From: Octopus vulgaris
Taxonomy: Eukaryota
DNA length: 64,000 bases
Reading direction: 5' to 3'
Assembly (NCBI GenBank): GCA_951406725.2
Contig: OX597835.1
Location: 25,296,001-25,360,000, forward strand
Both the position numbers and the translations under genes were made by a program. The number at the start of each line of letters is the position of its first letter. The stretch's first letter is position 1. The notes under the pieces were generated by a model. It saw only the letters and a list, made by a program, of their open reading frames with translations. It had not been told where the DNA came from and ran no database searches. Of the stretch, positions 1 to 13,418 are shown in pieces.

Positions 1-100
1 AAGTTTATGTGTATGTGTAATCATCATATAAAAACAGAGAAACATAGTCGATTTTTTTAATAACTCATATGCTTGCATTCATTACAATAGTATAAGAATT

Positions 101-300
101 ATAGTATTTTACTTGAGTAATAAGTCACACTTGTGTATAAGTCACATAACAAATTTAGTATTAAATCTTGGTACAAAATATTTTTTCTTTACAGTTTTAG
201 CTTTGCCCTATGTAAAAGTCATGTCCCAGTTTTTTGAGGGGTTTTATTTACCAGTCAATTCAGGTATAAAATAGCACAACTTATACACAAGTAAACAAGT
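101..300. mobile_element. Decayed Tc1/mariner (pogo/Tigger-like) MITE
   Basis: Inverted ends tacttgagtaataagtc / acttgtgtataagtc versus acttatacacaagta. Confidence 0.4.
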
Positions 301-569
301 CACATAACCACAAAGGAAGTTTAAAGAAAACACACACACACACAATTGCTTTTCTAATGAGAATATCATATTATTCTGGTCAATGAAAAGTTGAGGTAGG
401 GGGGAGCTATCAATTAACCTAAGTCATTGTGTCCAGTAAACAGCCAGAGAAGGACAGCACTGAAATGTGAGCAACCATGGTCAAATCAAGCTTAGTTTAA
501 GTTCAATCAAAGTGAAATTAACTGGTGTGATTGACATTATACAAGTCACGTGACCAACATGATTACAAC

Positions 570-1510
570 CGACTGAGTGGATAAGACAATTTCACCAAGA
601 AGCTTCAAAATTTAGGTCATTAGTCACAAACGAGGAGATTTTGAGAAGAGCAATTGGAAACAGCCAGGACATGGTTACCACTTGACAGCAAACATAAAAG
701 GGGTGAGCCAAAGGTCACTCGGTAGCAGTTGGGTCACAACTGCTGCATGAGGCTGTACCAACATAGCAACAATTCAGCCTGGGTGGCCACATTGTCTGTC
801 TAGCTGATCAATGGCATGCAAAAACAATCATGAATAGGCACTTGATGGCAGGCATAAAAAGGGGCAGGCCAAAGGTCACTTGGTAGCTGTTGGGTCACAA
901 CTGCTGCAAGAGGCTGTACCAATTCAGAGCACCAATTCAGCGTAGGTGGCCACATTCTCTGTCTAGTTCAGGGGTTCTCAACCATTTTTATCTATGGACC
1001 CCTTTGATTACTATTTTTTTCCAGTGGACCCCCATAGCCATTCAATGTCTAAAAACTAGTTTTATAGAAACTTCTTTCGAAATTCCTGTTTTGTTTTTCA
1101 CACATTCCTTTGTACAAGTCAAACAATGTAAAACATTAGAGAAAGAAACCCAGCTGTTTCTTGCATTACATACCACATCTAAAGCAAATTTTTTCAGGGA
1201 CCCTTAAACTACTATTGTGGATCCCAAAATTTACTATTTTGCTGTGTGGGTCCCCCAAAATCTTATATGAACCCTCAGGGGCCATATGGACCCCAGCTGA
1301 GAATCATTGGTGTAATTGATCAATGGTACACAAAGACAACCATGAACAGGGTACCACTTGATTGCGGGCATAAAAGGGGTAGGCCAAAGATCTCTTGGTA
1401 GTAACTGGGTGAATAAGACAATTTCAGCCACAAGTATCAAAACTTGGATTTTTTGTCACAAGGAGATTCTTAGAAGAGCAAAGTCACAATCACTGCAAGA
1501 GACTGTAGCA
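570..1510 (+). mobile_element. Locally duplicated, decayed RTE-like LINE 3' fragments
   Basis: Three copies of cacttga..gc..gcataaaa.gggg.aggccaaaggtcact.ggtag; one frame reads LGGHIVCLADQWHAKTIMNRHLMAGIKRGRPK, resembling the RTE C-terminal W.GHV.R...RGRP motif. Confidence 0.5.
969..1309. mobile_element. hAT (Charlie-like) MITE, older
   Basis: TIRs CAGGGGTTCTCAACC / agctGAGAAtCAtTG; decayed 8-bp TSD gtctagtt/gtgtaatt. The empty site is visible in the neighbouring repeat copy (gtctagctgatcaatgg, ~798-814). Confidence 0.7.
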
Positions 1511-2625
1511 GAGCACCGTTTCTGTTTGGTTAGCCACATGGTTGTCCTTGCATACAGGTTTGTCCCCCATATTCCTCTTCAGCTGAGTGATTCTAATCCT
1601 GCGGGCTTGTGGGTGTCGGTGTCATGTGAAAAGCACTCGTGCTACTGCCATGTAAATAGGGCCCATGCTGGTGCTGGGTAAAAGCACCCAATGCATTCTA
1701 TAAAGTGGTTAGCATTAGAAAGGGCGTCCACCGATAGAAGCCATGCCAAAACAGAATTGGACCCCAGGCAGCTCTTCAGCTGGCCAGCTCCTGTCAAACC
1801 ATCCAACCCATGCTAGCATGGAAAGCAGATATTAAAGGCTGTTTGATAAACTACGAAAGTTTCTTGGAAATGTGCATTTGTCAGCTGTGTATCAAGTTGA
1901 GCTGTCAGCTCTTGAGAGCAACATTGCCTGTTCTGGGGTGGGTTAAGGGGTAATGTGCAGGTTTGCTATGTTGAAAAGTGCTGATGACATGTAAAGTGGT
2001 TGAAATTAGGAAGGCCATCCACCCATAGAAACCATGCCAAAACTGACATGGACCCCTAAGCAGCTCTTCAGCTGGGCAGCTCCTTTCAAACTGTCTAACC
2101 CATGCCAGCATGGAAAATGGACATTAAATGATGAGTATTAATTTATTATTCTCATGACCTTGTGGTCATGAGTTCAAATTCTGCACAGTCCTTTGTCATA
2201 CCCCTCTGTGAACACATGTGGCTGAGCGGTTACGATATTCAGTTCACGGTTGTAAGGTTGTGAGTTCAAAAACAGGCAGCGCATTGTATCCTTGAGCAAG
2301 TCACTTTATTTCACCTTGCTCCTGTCTACTCAACTGGCAAAAGTGAGCAGTACCTGTAATTCAAAAGGCCAGCTTTGTCACATTCTGTTTCAGGCTGAAT
2401 CTACCTGAGAACTACAAAATGGGTATGTTAAGGCTGTTTTGCTGAGTGGATCAACTGGAACCTTAATCGTCATAACTGACAGTGATAGTTTTTTTGCTTC
2501 TACACAATGACTGGTTTCAAACATCAAGCCCTAATATTTGAATTTGATCAATACGAGGAAATGAAACAGAGTAATGATACCTTGTAAGCTTCAGCTTCAA
2601 ATAAATGAAATAAATTCTTCATATA

Positions 2626-2796
2626 GGCACAGGAGTGGCTGTGTGGTAAGTAGCTTGCTTACCGACCACATGGTTCCGGGTTCAGTCCCACTGCGTGGCA
2701 TGTTGGGTAAGTGTCTTCTACTATAGCCTCGGGCCGACCAAAGCCTTGTGAGTGGATTTGGTAGACGGAAACTGAAAGAAGCCTGTCGTGTATATG

Positions 2797-2835
<39 letters not shown>

Positions 2836-3052
2836 ATGTATGTTTGTGTGTCTGTGTTTGTCCCCCTAGCATTGCTTGACAACCGATGCTGGTGTGTTTA
2901 CGTCGCCGTCACTTAGCGGTTCGGCAAAAAGGAGCGATAGAATAAGTACTGTGCTTACAAAGAATAAGTCCCAGGGTCGATTTGTTCGACTAAAGGCGGT
3001 GCTCCAGCATGGCCGCAGTCAAATGACTGAAACAAGTAAAAGAGTAAAAGAG
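2626..3052 (+). mobile_element. tRNA-derived SINE, family A (full length, internal microsatellite)
   Basis: A box tggctgtgtgg, B box ggttcagtccc, (AAAGAGT) tail. More than 15 full or partial copies, e.g. 8093-8470, 8563-8980, 12940-13320(-), 16695-17055, 36095-36482, 45210-45520, 63820-63980(-). Confidence 0.85.
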
Positions 3053-3248
3053 AGAGATATACTGAGTCATTTCATTACCCATTTGTAAACCTATACATGT
3101 GTGTGTATGTGGGTGCATGTGTATCATGCTCTGAAGCACAGAAAGACCTGTAGTAACTAAGACACGAACTCAGAACAGCACTAACACAGCAGTTGTGGCC
3201 CGTTCTGAAGATGAGGTGAACAAAAGGTGTTGTGTTGATTATACTTAC

Positions 3249-3395
3249 ATTTCCTCTTTCTAACAAAAGTTGGCATTTACTAAGACAATCTGGGGAAGAA
3301 GCAAAAGCAACAAGGGCTTTCTCGGCATCACTGCGTAAACTGCTGTCAGCAGTTTCGTACATCTGCTTGCACAGATTCTCCAGTTGTAGTAATTC
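3249..3395 (-). CDS. XPO7: Exportin-7 (XPO7/RANBP17 family), coding exon 2
   Basis: 147-bp phase 0-0 exon with a pyrimidine-rich acceptor (ttctcttcttag) and a gtaagt donor. Translates [49 protein letters not shown], matching the recalled exportin-7 N-terminus (LENLCKQLYE...AEKAL...[15 protein letters not shown]). The gene continues left beyond the window. Confidence 0.95.
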
Positions 3396-3821
3396 CTAAG
3401 AAGAGAAGCAAAAAGAGAGAGAAAGAGATAAACAAGTGAATTTCCCAATCACAAGAAAAAATCATACCTTTATCAACAAACAGAAGCAACAAAAGTTTTT
3501 GCACTCAAAAAGTAAAATACAATTACCTTGTTATTTTATGCATATATTTGTGTATGTTTGTGATATATATATATATATATATATACATATATATATACAT
3601 ACATACACACCATAAAAACCCAGGTAATTTGCACACCTGTGTAATTTATGCAGGTGACTTTCAGGATAAAATTTGTTAAAAAAGGCTTCTACTCATGTAG
3701 AGGGGGGAAAGGTTTTCAATTTAGTCGTATTTAGCATAAATTCACTTACTTATGATTAGATTTTATTAAATTTTCATTAAATAAAAATAATTTCTGTTTA
3801 ACAGGTATCACATTGAAAGCT

Positions 3822-4281
3822 AAGTCCTTCTGGTGACGTTGATTGCCTGGGGCTAAAAGCATCAGTAACACTCCCCCCTCCCAGTGGCTAGCCACATTCA
3901 GATGGCTGATACCCCTTACGTTGTCGAGCGGTTACTGTTTATATCTCGTTCAGAGATTTATTATTGTTTTCAGACAGTTTTTCTACATCAGTGACAGTGG
4001 TTACTGTGAAAAACATTATATATTACTTGCGAGGGGACTCCTTCATCGAAGACCGGTGCTTACCATGCGTTGACGAGAGGCAATTACCTTGAAACTATAG
4101 TCCGTATGTAGTACTCGGGTCTTCGAGGGAGGATGACCTCCCTTTGCAAGTAACACAAGGACACTGAGATAGTGTCTAAAGTCCTTCTGGTGACGTTGAT
4201 CGCCTGGGGCTAAAAGCATCAGTAACCCCCCCCCCCCCAGTGGCTAGCCACATTCAGATGGCTAATACTCCTTACGTTGTC
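3822..4281 (+). mobile_element. Retrozyme / Penelope pseudo-LTR-like element (~1.3 copies of a 357-bp unit)
   Basis: Direct repeats of ~103 bp at 3822-3925 and 4179-4281 flank a hammerhead-ribozyme motif. Confidence 0.6.
4064..4108 (+). ncRNA. Minimal type I hammerhead ribozyme motif (two core deviations)
   Basis: CATGCG-TTGACGA-GAGG caatta CCTT-GAAA-C tata G-TC|CGTATG. Stem I CATGCG/CGTATG, stem II GAGG/CCTT, palindromic stem III ACTATAGT, GUC site ending at 4102. Stem I extends through TCGAAGACC/GGTCTTCGA. Confidence 0.7.
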
Positions 4282-5233
4282 TGTGTTGTTTATCATAAAC
4301 TTTATTTTACATTTCTTGCCCACAAGAGATTATGTCCGATCTTTAGTATACTGCTGTATGTCTTCTCAAATCATGATCACAGGAAAAGTTGTTAAGAATT
4401 ACCAACAAAAACAAAGCTGATAAATATGCACAGGTGTTGCAAATCAAGTTTAATTACCAATAAACACTAGCTTGGATGACACTTTACTCAACCAACAGAG
4501 GTGACCAATCAAACTGATTATGTAAACAGAGTTCTTTTCTGCCTATTCTTGTCGGAACTTTTGATACGGAGTATCGAAATTTTAATCCCTTTTACACTTA
4601 CAAAATATAAAGCAAACTATAAAATTTGTCATTACTGTTATTGTCAGTATGAGCGGAACTTATAAATCATTTACTGCAAAAGAGAAATTAAGTATGTGCT
4701 CCACTGTGATAAGTAGAAACTCGAGGCAATCTAAAATATGGCCCAGACCATGTTTACCAGCATGAACATCAGACTTCAAAAAGTAGTTAACCGGTTAATG
4801 GTTTTAGTTACTTTATATTGAAAAAGTAAGCAATATACCATCCAGCATAAATAAAAGTTAACTTCATTATGTGTATTTAAGCCATTATTTTTCAGTAAAA
4901 ACCTATTCTGACATTAAATGAGTCAACTTCCAGTACGAATTTTTACATTTTGTATAAATGTAAACATAAAGAAAGCAAAGACTGAAAATTTCCAGACAAT
5001 GAATATTTAAGTATAAATATTTAAATATTAATATATTGATTAATCAAGCTTATACAGAGTACAAAAGACGGAGAAAATTAAAGGGGCGTCCAATATATTG
5101 GCCTGGGGTTATAGCAGGAAACACTTTCCCAAGGTGTTGTGCCATTTGGTAGAAAAGTGAACTTCTTTCATACAATTGATACAACAATTTAGAACAGCTA
5201 CGAAGACATTTCTCATCAGCTATTAATACGCAT

Positions 5234-5270
<37 letters not shown>

Positions 5271-5273
5271 CAT

Positions 5274-5600
5274 TGGCTCAGTGGTTAGAGCATCGAGCTT
5301 ACGATCGTGAGGTTGTGAGCTCGAATCCCGGACCGGGCTGCGTGTTGTGTTCTTGAGCAAGACACTTTATTTTTCACGTTGCTCCAGTTCACTCAGCTGT
5401 AGAAATGAGTTGCGACGTCACAGGTGCCAAGCTGTATCGGCCCTTGCCTTTCCCTTGGACAACATCGGTGACGTGGAGAGGGGAGACCGGTATGCATGGG
5501 CGACTGCTGGTCTTCCATAAAACAACCTTGCCCAGACTTGTGCCTTAGAGGGTAACTCTCTAGGTGCAAACCCATGGTCAGTGTCTGACCGAAGGGGGTC
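5274..5600 (+). mobile_element. tRNA-derived SINE, family C
   Basis: tRNA-like head tggctcagtggttagagc...tcgaatccc followed by ttgagcaagacacttt...cactcagctg body. Other copies at 10810-11050, 11170-11480 and 40034-40890. Confidence 0.8.
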
Positions 5601-6038
5601 AGAAAAAAAAAAAAAACAGTCGATGACTGGCATCTATGCTAATGGAGTGCTAATAGCACCATCCGAGCATGATCGTTGTCAGAGCAGCTAACTGGCTTCC
5701 GTGCTGGTGGCACGTAAAAAGCACCATTCGAGCATGATCGTTACCAGTGTCGCTGAAAAAATATTCGACTGGGTGCCGCTGGACTGCAGGTGGCATGTAA
5801 AAAAAAGCACCATTTTAGCATGGCCGTTGCCAGAACCACCTGACTGGCCCTCATGCTGGTGGCACATAAAAGCACCCACTACACTCTTGGAGTGGTTGGC
5901 GTTAGGAAGGGCATCCAGCTATAGAAACTCTGCCAGATCAAGATTGGAGCCTGGTGCAGCCATCTGGTTCGCCAGTCCCCAGTCAAATCGTCCAACCCAT
6001 GCTAGCATGGAAAGTTAGATAGATATACATACATACAA

Positions 6039-6123
<85 letters not shown>

Positions 6124-7413
6124 CAAGATGTGTGTCTGTCATGTCGTTGAAACTAGAGATCCACCCAACTGATTTTAATGAAATTTTAAACATGCATTAC
6201 ATAGGGTCCATGGAGTGTCATGGGTCAAAAAACTTTCATAAAGCAAATTGGAAGTAGATTGAGAAAAGAGATCCTCAAACAGGATTGGCCTAAATGTTAC
6301 TCCACACCACAATCAATATGAAACAAACATTTCGTGCCCAGAATAAAAGCCGTATGTGACAAATTTTTCCCATTGTGCAAAAACAGAAAACAGGATCCCT
6401 GGTGAAAGGGAGATTCTTATGAGATGACGGACAAAGACTGAGAACCGTCTGAGTAAGCATCCCAAAAGTGGCAAGAAGTCTTGCCTGGAGAGAGCACTAT
6501 TGGTGATTGAGAAAAGTCTGCATCAGTCTCATGAAAAGGGGAGAGCAAATAAAGAAGCTTGGGTTTATAGAAAACATCAAGTGGAACCCTAAAGCCTCAA
6601 TACGCCACAAGATAGGACCCTTCTTCCAAAAAGAACAAACGACGACAGAGTGGACCTAAAGAGTAAACAAGCAACGAAGACAAACATTAAAGGCACCTAA
6701 AGTCTGCTAGAAATAACAACCAAATCTCTTCTGAAATAATACTCCACAACCTTCAAGACAAATTTTTAAAAGGGGTGCACATCAGATAACGTAGTCCCTG
6801 ATACACAAAGACAGGTTGGACACTGCTAAAATGCCTTTGATTATACAATAAGATCACATCAATCAGAACTGACACAAAAGGATTCAGCGACATAAGCAAA
6901 GTGAAATGGTTATATCTAAGAATCAAAAACTAGATCACAGACAAAGAACAACAGAAGCTAACCTAATTCCTATGGTATTTGTTGTTGTTATTATAGACTA
7001 AGAAACAATAGCTAAAAAAAACATCTTTGGCCAATAAGCATACAACAAATGGCAATATATTATTAATAGCAATTGAATAAATATCTGAAAGAGTGACAGT
7101 CATTGCAAGAAATACACAATAGACTATTGATTTCTCCCTTACATACAAGAGAGTGGATGGAAATCAGCTGAACTTACCCACTTAAATTACAGGTACTTTC
7201 TTTTAATATGCATCTGGTGCACCAAGGATTCAAATTTAGTCTGACCTAACTACAGTATTCAGAGAATCAACAACAATAGTTGCTGCTGTAGTTTAGCCCC
7301 AGGTCAAACTTGATCAGATAGGCCTATGATGGTTTCAGCTGTAATCATCCCACTCTTTATTCAAGTGTAATGTAATTTAGAATTACATTATCTAATATCT
7401 CCCTTTGTTTTAA

Positions 7414-7633
7414 ACCTTTAGCATTCAGATTACTCTGTCAGATGTAATGCTTATTTATTCAAATTGTCTTGAATTGATCATGCACTATCTCATAGATTAG
7501 AGACTTTGATGATGTGACTGTTTATTTTTAGAATAACGTCAGAGGGAGTATATGAGAGGCCAGATATGGCTAGTGCAAAGATAAAACTGGTAGAATATTT
7601 TGGCTGGATATGACCAGTTTAAGTACTAAAGGG
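7414..7633. mobile_element. piggyBac-like MITE (TTAA target)
   Basis: ttaa|acctttagca...tactaaaggg|ttaa. Further copies at ~9110-9300, 11525-11750, 13890-14000 (partial) and 19645-19860. Confidence 0.7.
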
Positions 7634-8716
7634 TTAAAGATAGTAGAGTGTAATTTGGTGGTTATTTGTAGTGGAGTGAATAACTGAGAAGAGGCTCACT
7701 CAGTTTAATTTTGTCATTAGTATGCATAAATACATCAGTTTGGAAAATTTGAAAACAATAATGTGAAAATTTGAAATGCTTCAAGTGGTTGGAACAAATT
7801 TAACAAGATTCTTTGCTCTGAAATAATTTTGGAGCTAAAAGTTCTCATCAGAGCAGTTCCTGGGAAACACACTGACATCCTATCCCAGAGTAGACAAGTT
7901 TCTCATCCAACTTAGTTCTATGAAGTTGGGGACACAGGAGCCTACGGAAAGAGAGGGGGGGTTCAAAACACACTGCATTTAGTTTAATGCACATCTATGT
8001 AAAAAGCTAATTTTTCTTTCTCAATCTCACACAAGCTTTACTGAACAAATTCAGTGCATTCTCGTAAATTCATTGTGGTGATTAACAAGATGTGTGGCTG
8101 TGTGATAAGAAGCTTGCTTCCCAACTACATAGTTCCAGGTTCAGTCTCACTGCGTGGCACCTTGGGCAAGTGTCTTCTACTATAGCCTCAGGCCGATGAA
8201 AGCCTTATGAGTCAATTTGGTAGATGGAAACTGAAAAAAGCATGTCATGTATAAGTGTGTGTGTGTATGTCTTTATGTTTGCCTCCCACCCCTCACTCCA
8301 CCATTTGACAACTGGTATACTAACATCCCCTATAGTGTTAGCAAAAAAGTCCGATAGGGTAAGTACCAGGTTTTAAAAAATTAAATATATACTGGGGTCA
8401 ATTTGTTCAACTAAAAAATCCTTCAAAGCAATGCCCCAACATGACCGCAGTTGAATGAATGAAAGCGGTTAAAAAAAAGACATTTCTGTCTCCAACACTT
8501 GTTAACAGTTAGAAGTAAAGTTGTTTTACACAATACAGCAAGTAGAGAATGTTGTTCCATTGGTGTTGGCATGGCTGTGTGGTTAGTAGCTTGCTTCCTA
8601 TCGTTCCAGGTTCAGTCCCACTGCATGGCTCCTTGGACAAGTGCCTTTTACTATAGCCTCGGGTCGACCAAAGCCTTTTGAGTGGATATGGCAGAAGGAA
8701 ACTGAAAGAAGCCTGT

Positions 8717-8770
<54 letters not shown>

Positions 8771-11700
8771 TATATTTAAGTGCATGTGTCTGTGTTTCTC
8801 CTCTCACCATCGCTGGACAACCGGTGTTGGTGTGTTTAGCAGAGACCGATGGACTAAGTACTAGGCTTACAAAGGAATAAGTCTTAGGGTCGATTTCTTT
8901 GACTAAAACCTTTTAAAACTAAAGCCATGCTCCAGCATGGCTATAATCAAATGACTAAAACAAGTAAAAGAATGAAAGAATCTGACACGAGAAAGGCAAG
9001 GGCCAAGTGGAGCTTGGAACCAGTGTTGCTACAGATCAACTCAGAAAGAGTCAAAACAAATATCGCAATGCATTGCTTTGATGGTGTTTAGATGTTATGA
9101 TTGAGTTTAACCTTTTTGCATTTAAACTGGCCATATCTGGCCAAAATATTCTACCTGTCTTATGACCAAGCCTCTCACACCTTACCCTACAATGTTATTC
9201 AAAAAATAAACAATCACATCATTGGAATCTCAAAGCTACAAGACAATGTATGATTAATTAATAAGCATTACATTTGACAGAGTAATCTGAATCCTATAGG
9301 GTAAAGGAAAATTTGGATGCTATTCCTAGCAGATCAAGAGACCACATAAAGGTTTTGCCTTCATCATTTTATCCAATATGTTGGCAACAGATGCTTCTGA
9401 TTGGCTATAATTACATATATTTAAATGTGATGTTGCTTTATTATTAATTTCTAGCATCGACAATGCAGAACTACATCAATGAAGAAACTTTGAAATACTT
9501 CAAGTGGTTGGAACAAATTTGAAAAGATCCCCTGCTTTGAAATAACTTCGGGGCTAGAAGCTCTCGTCAGAACAGTTCCTGGGTAACAAGCTGACATCCT
9601 ATCCCAGAGCAGACAAGCTTCTCATTGGACATAATTCTGACAGACAACTTGAGGGATATATATGAAGCACCCGGCTCTGGAGGCAGCAAAAGAAGAAAGA
9701 AAGAAATCAAGTAAACATCACATACAGGAGAATATAAGGATGAGTCATTTGCCCTTAACATAAGTAGTAGTATTGGTAGTAGTAGTAGTCATTCAGTGTG
9801 ACATCAAATCATTTATACTACTACTACTACATGCACCCCACTACGACCAAACACAGACCTATTACCTCTCCAGGGAAATAAGATAATCTGTTAAACTTCC
9901 ATTGACATATAAGCAACCAGTGATCGGTCTGGTCTTTTCCACACTCAGTGACTAGAAAGAACATGGCGGGAGGGGGGGGAATATTCGACAGCACTAGTTG
10001 TGGTTGATGTTGTAGTTGTTGCTGTTTGTAGTCTACAAGTCTAGTAAGCTAAATGTACCAGTTATTTCAGTCAGACAGTAATAGTTAACCACTAATAGCA
10101 GGTCAGTGAAATATATTTAGTGCAACCAAAAACAGACATGTTCATTTATTTTTTTTGCTTGCTTATTTTATTTTATTTTATTTTATTTTGGTTGGTTCTT
10201 TGTTCTTGTGTTTAAATTTGATTTGGGTTTTTTTTTTGTTTTGTTTTTTTTCCCCACCACCACCACTACCATTTCATTGGCTCTTGAAACAAAGATTCCT
10301 AATTCCTAGTTGCAGAAAAGTTTAGTGCATCATCCTAAGAATCCAATTTTCAAAAGACTTCGGTTTTCTGAGTCACCCACTTTACACAGTTCAACCATTA
10401 AAAGACTTCACTCTCAATAAAACAACCCACAAACAACACATCTCCAAGACAAGAAGATTCTACCTGCTGAAACAAACATGCACATTTTTAATACCCTCCA
10501 CCCACCACCACACACACACACAATAGCTTCTTTCAGTTTTCATCTACCAAATCTAGAAGGCTTTGGTTAAGGTGCCGTACAGTGGGACTGAACCCAAAAC
10601 CACATGGTCAGAAAGTGAACTTCTTAACCACACATCCCTGCCTGCACCTAAGATGTTTTAATTTTTAAAAAAATATATTTATAAAAATAATATTAATAAT
10701 AATTCACCAATTTTAAAATAATAAGTTGTTATACGTTGTTGTTGCATTTTTCATATGAAGAAATTCTCTTGTAAAAAATTTTGTTTCTTATTAAAATTTG
10801 GGTAATTAACAATCATGAGGTAGTGAGTTTGATTCCCGGACCAGGCTGTGTTGTGTTCTTGAGCAAGACACTTTATTTCACATTGCACTAGTTCACATCA
10901 CTGGTGCCAAGCTGTATTGACCTTTGCCTTTCTCTTGGGCAACATCAGTGGCATGCAGGGTCTTCCATAAACCGACTTATGCCTCGGAGGGTAACTTTCT
11001 AGGGGCAATCCCATGGTCATTCATGACTGAAGGAGTCCTTTACCTTTTACCCTATGTACATAAAATTGTGTAAGGAGGGAAGGCTGGTATGCATGGGCAA
11101 CTGCTTGTCTTCCATAAACAACTTTGCCTGGACTTGTGCCTCGAAGGGTAACTTTCTAGATGCAATCCCATAGCTCAGTGGTTAGAGTGTTGGACTCACA
11201 CTCATGAGGCAGTGAGTTTGATTCCCAGACCAGGCTGTGTGTTGTGTTCTTGAGCAAGACACTTTATTTCACATTGCACTAGTTCACTCTGCTGTAGAAA
11301 TGAGTTGCAACATCACTGGTGCTAAGTTCTGTCAGCCTTGGCCTTTCCCTTGGATAATATCTGTGGTGTGGAGAGGAGAGGCTGGTATGCATGGGTGACT
11401 ACTTGTCTTCCATAAACAGACTTGTGCCTTAAAGGGCAACTTTCTAGGTGCAATCCCATAGTTATTCATGACCAAAAGGGGGAAGGGGACTCTTTACTTT
11501 TAACACCATTATCATCATCTTTAACATTTTAGCATTCAAACTGGCCATATCAGGCCAAAATATTTAACCTGTTTTATGTTAAAACTAACTGACCAGATCT
11601 GGCCTCTTAAACCAACCCTACAATGCCATTCTAAAACTAAGCAAGCAGATCACAAAAATCTCTAAACTACAAGATAATGCATGATTAATTCAAAACAATA

Positions 11701-13418
11701 TAAATAAATAAGCATTGCATTTAACAGAATAATCTTCAATGCTTAAAGGGTTAATATCCATGTCCCATGGTGGCATGTGTCAGACAATTTGACGGGATCT
11801 GATGGATCCAAGGTCTGCATCATGATCCAGTGATAGCTTTGGCATGGTTTCTACAGCTGGATACTCTTCCTAATGCCAACCACTTTATAGTGTGTACTGA
11901 GTGCTATTTTTCTGTGCCACCAACACCAGTGTGGTTGCTATGAGGCTCGCAAGTCTAGAAAAACCTAAAGTGAAGCAGGGGTGTCAGTAAAACATAAGAG
12001 TTTTTGGAATTTTGGAAAACTATACAAGGGTTTACACATTCGAATAAGTGTGAGAGCCACAGGTCAAGTGAATAACAATGTAATGATACAGGATTGAGAA
12101 ATGAAGCTTGCTAGTTCAAATACGCATCATCATTATCGTTACTCAGTATCTGTCTACCATGCTGGCATGGGTTGGACGGTGCAACTGGAGCTGGCAAGCC
12201 AGAGAGCTGCAACAGGTTCCAGTCTGATTTTGGTTTAGTTTCTACAGCTAGATGACCTTCCTAATGCCAACCGCTCCACAAAGCATTCTGGGTGCCTTTT
12301 ACATGTCATTGACATGAGTGCCTTACAAGTGTCACTGGCACGAGTGTCTTATATGTGTCACTAGCACAGGTACCGTTTACATTTCACAAGCACAGTTGCC
12401 TTTTATGTGCCACCAGAACATGTGTCTTTTACATGTCACCAGCACACGTGTCTTTTATGTGTTCCTGGCACTGGCCCAGAGAAAAAAAATATAGTGAAAA
12501 TGTAAATACTGAAGACACAAAAACAAAACCTTTGATCTCAACATCAGAGGTTAATAGTTTGAAAAATGATCAATTTATTACAAAAATAACTTATCTCAGA
12601 GATTTAGACATAGTTGTCAAATGTCTAACACTAAGAACAGTTAAGGTTATTGTTATACTGATAATACTAATGTGATCTTCAAATCACCTACTCATTATGC
12701 ATTTGGATTACAATGAAGTGGGTTGTTTTGTGTGTGGACAACAGGGTGGGATTTTCTGAATGGCATGCCTAACAAAAAAAAAATGTGTTAAATTGTGGTC
12801 CACTTCCCAAAAACAAGATTGCCCATGCCTCATCTATACAATTGCTAGTTCTTCAAGAAACAGCAGCCAAATCTCCTTTAAATCATGCTCAGTCATTTAA
12901 AAAAAGAAAGGATACATTGAATGATGTAGATCATAGATATCTTTTATCTTTTACTCGTTTCTTTATCTTTAGAGTGTGGCCATGCTGGAGCACCACCTTG
13001 AAGAATTTTTAGTCAAATAAATCAACCCCAGCACTTTGCTTTTTCCAAGCCTGGTACTTATTCTATCAAACTCTTTTGCCAAACTGCTAAGTTACAGGGA
13101 CATAAAAACACCAACACTGGTTGTCAAGTGATGGTTGGGGAGACAAACAAACACACACACATTAACTTTTTTTAGTTTCCGTCTACCAAATCCATTCACA
13201 GGCTTTGGTTGGCTCTACGTTATAGTAGAAGACACTTGTCCAAGGTGCCACACAGTGGGATTGTACCCAGAACCATGTGGTTGGAAAGCAAGCTTCTTAC
13301 CACACAGCCACACCTGTGCTTATACACAAAAGTGTATTTCAGTTGGTGACCCTGGAGCAAAGAGCAGTACCCAGGACCTTTGTAGGCCTCTAAAGACCAA
13401 TGAGATCTATGCCATTAA

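Noticed and set aside
3075-3362. 95-aa ORF as a stand-alone gene
   Set aside because: Only the part down to 3249 is XPO7 exon 2; the rest is read-through past the gtaagt donor.
5180-5225. Third hammerhead (minus strand CTGATGA-GAA atgtc TTC-GTAG)
   Set aside because: The required GAAA is absent; at most a dead relic.
5274-5345. tRNA gene
   Set aside because: The tRNA-like head runs straight into a multi-copy SINE body and has no proper acceptor stem.
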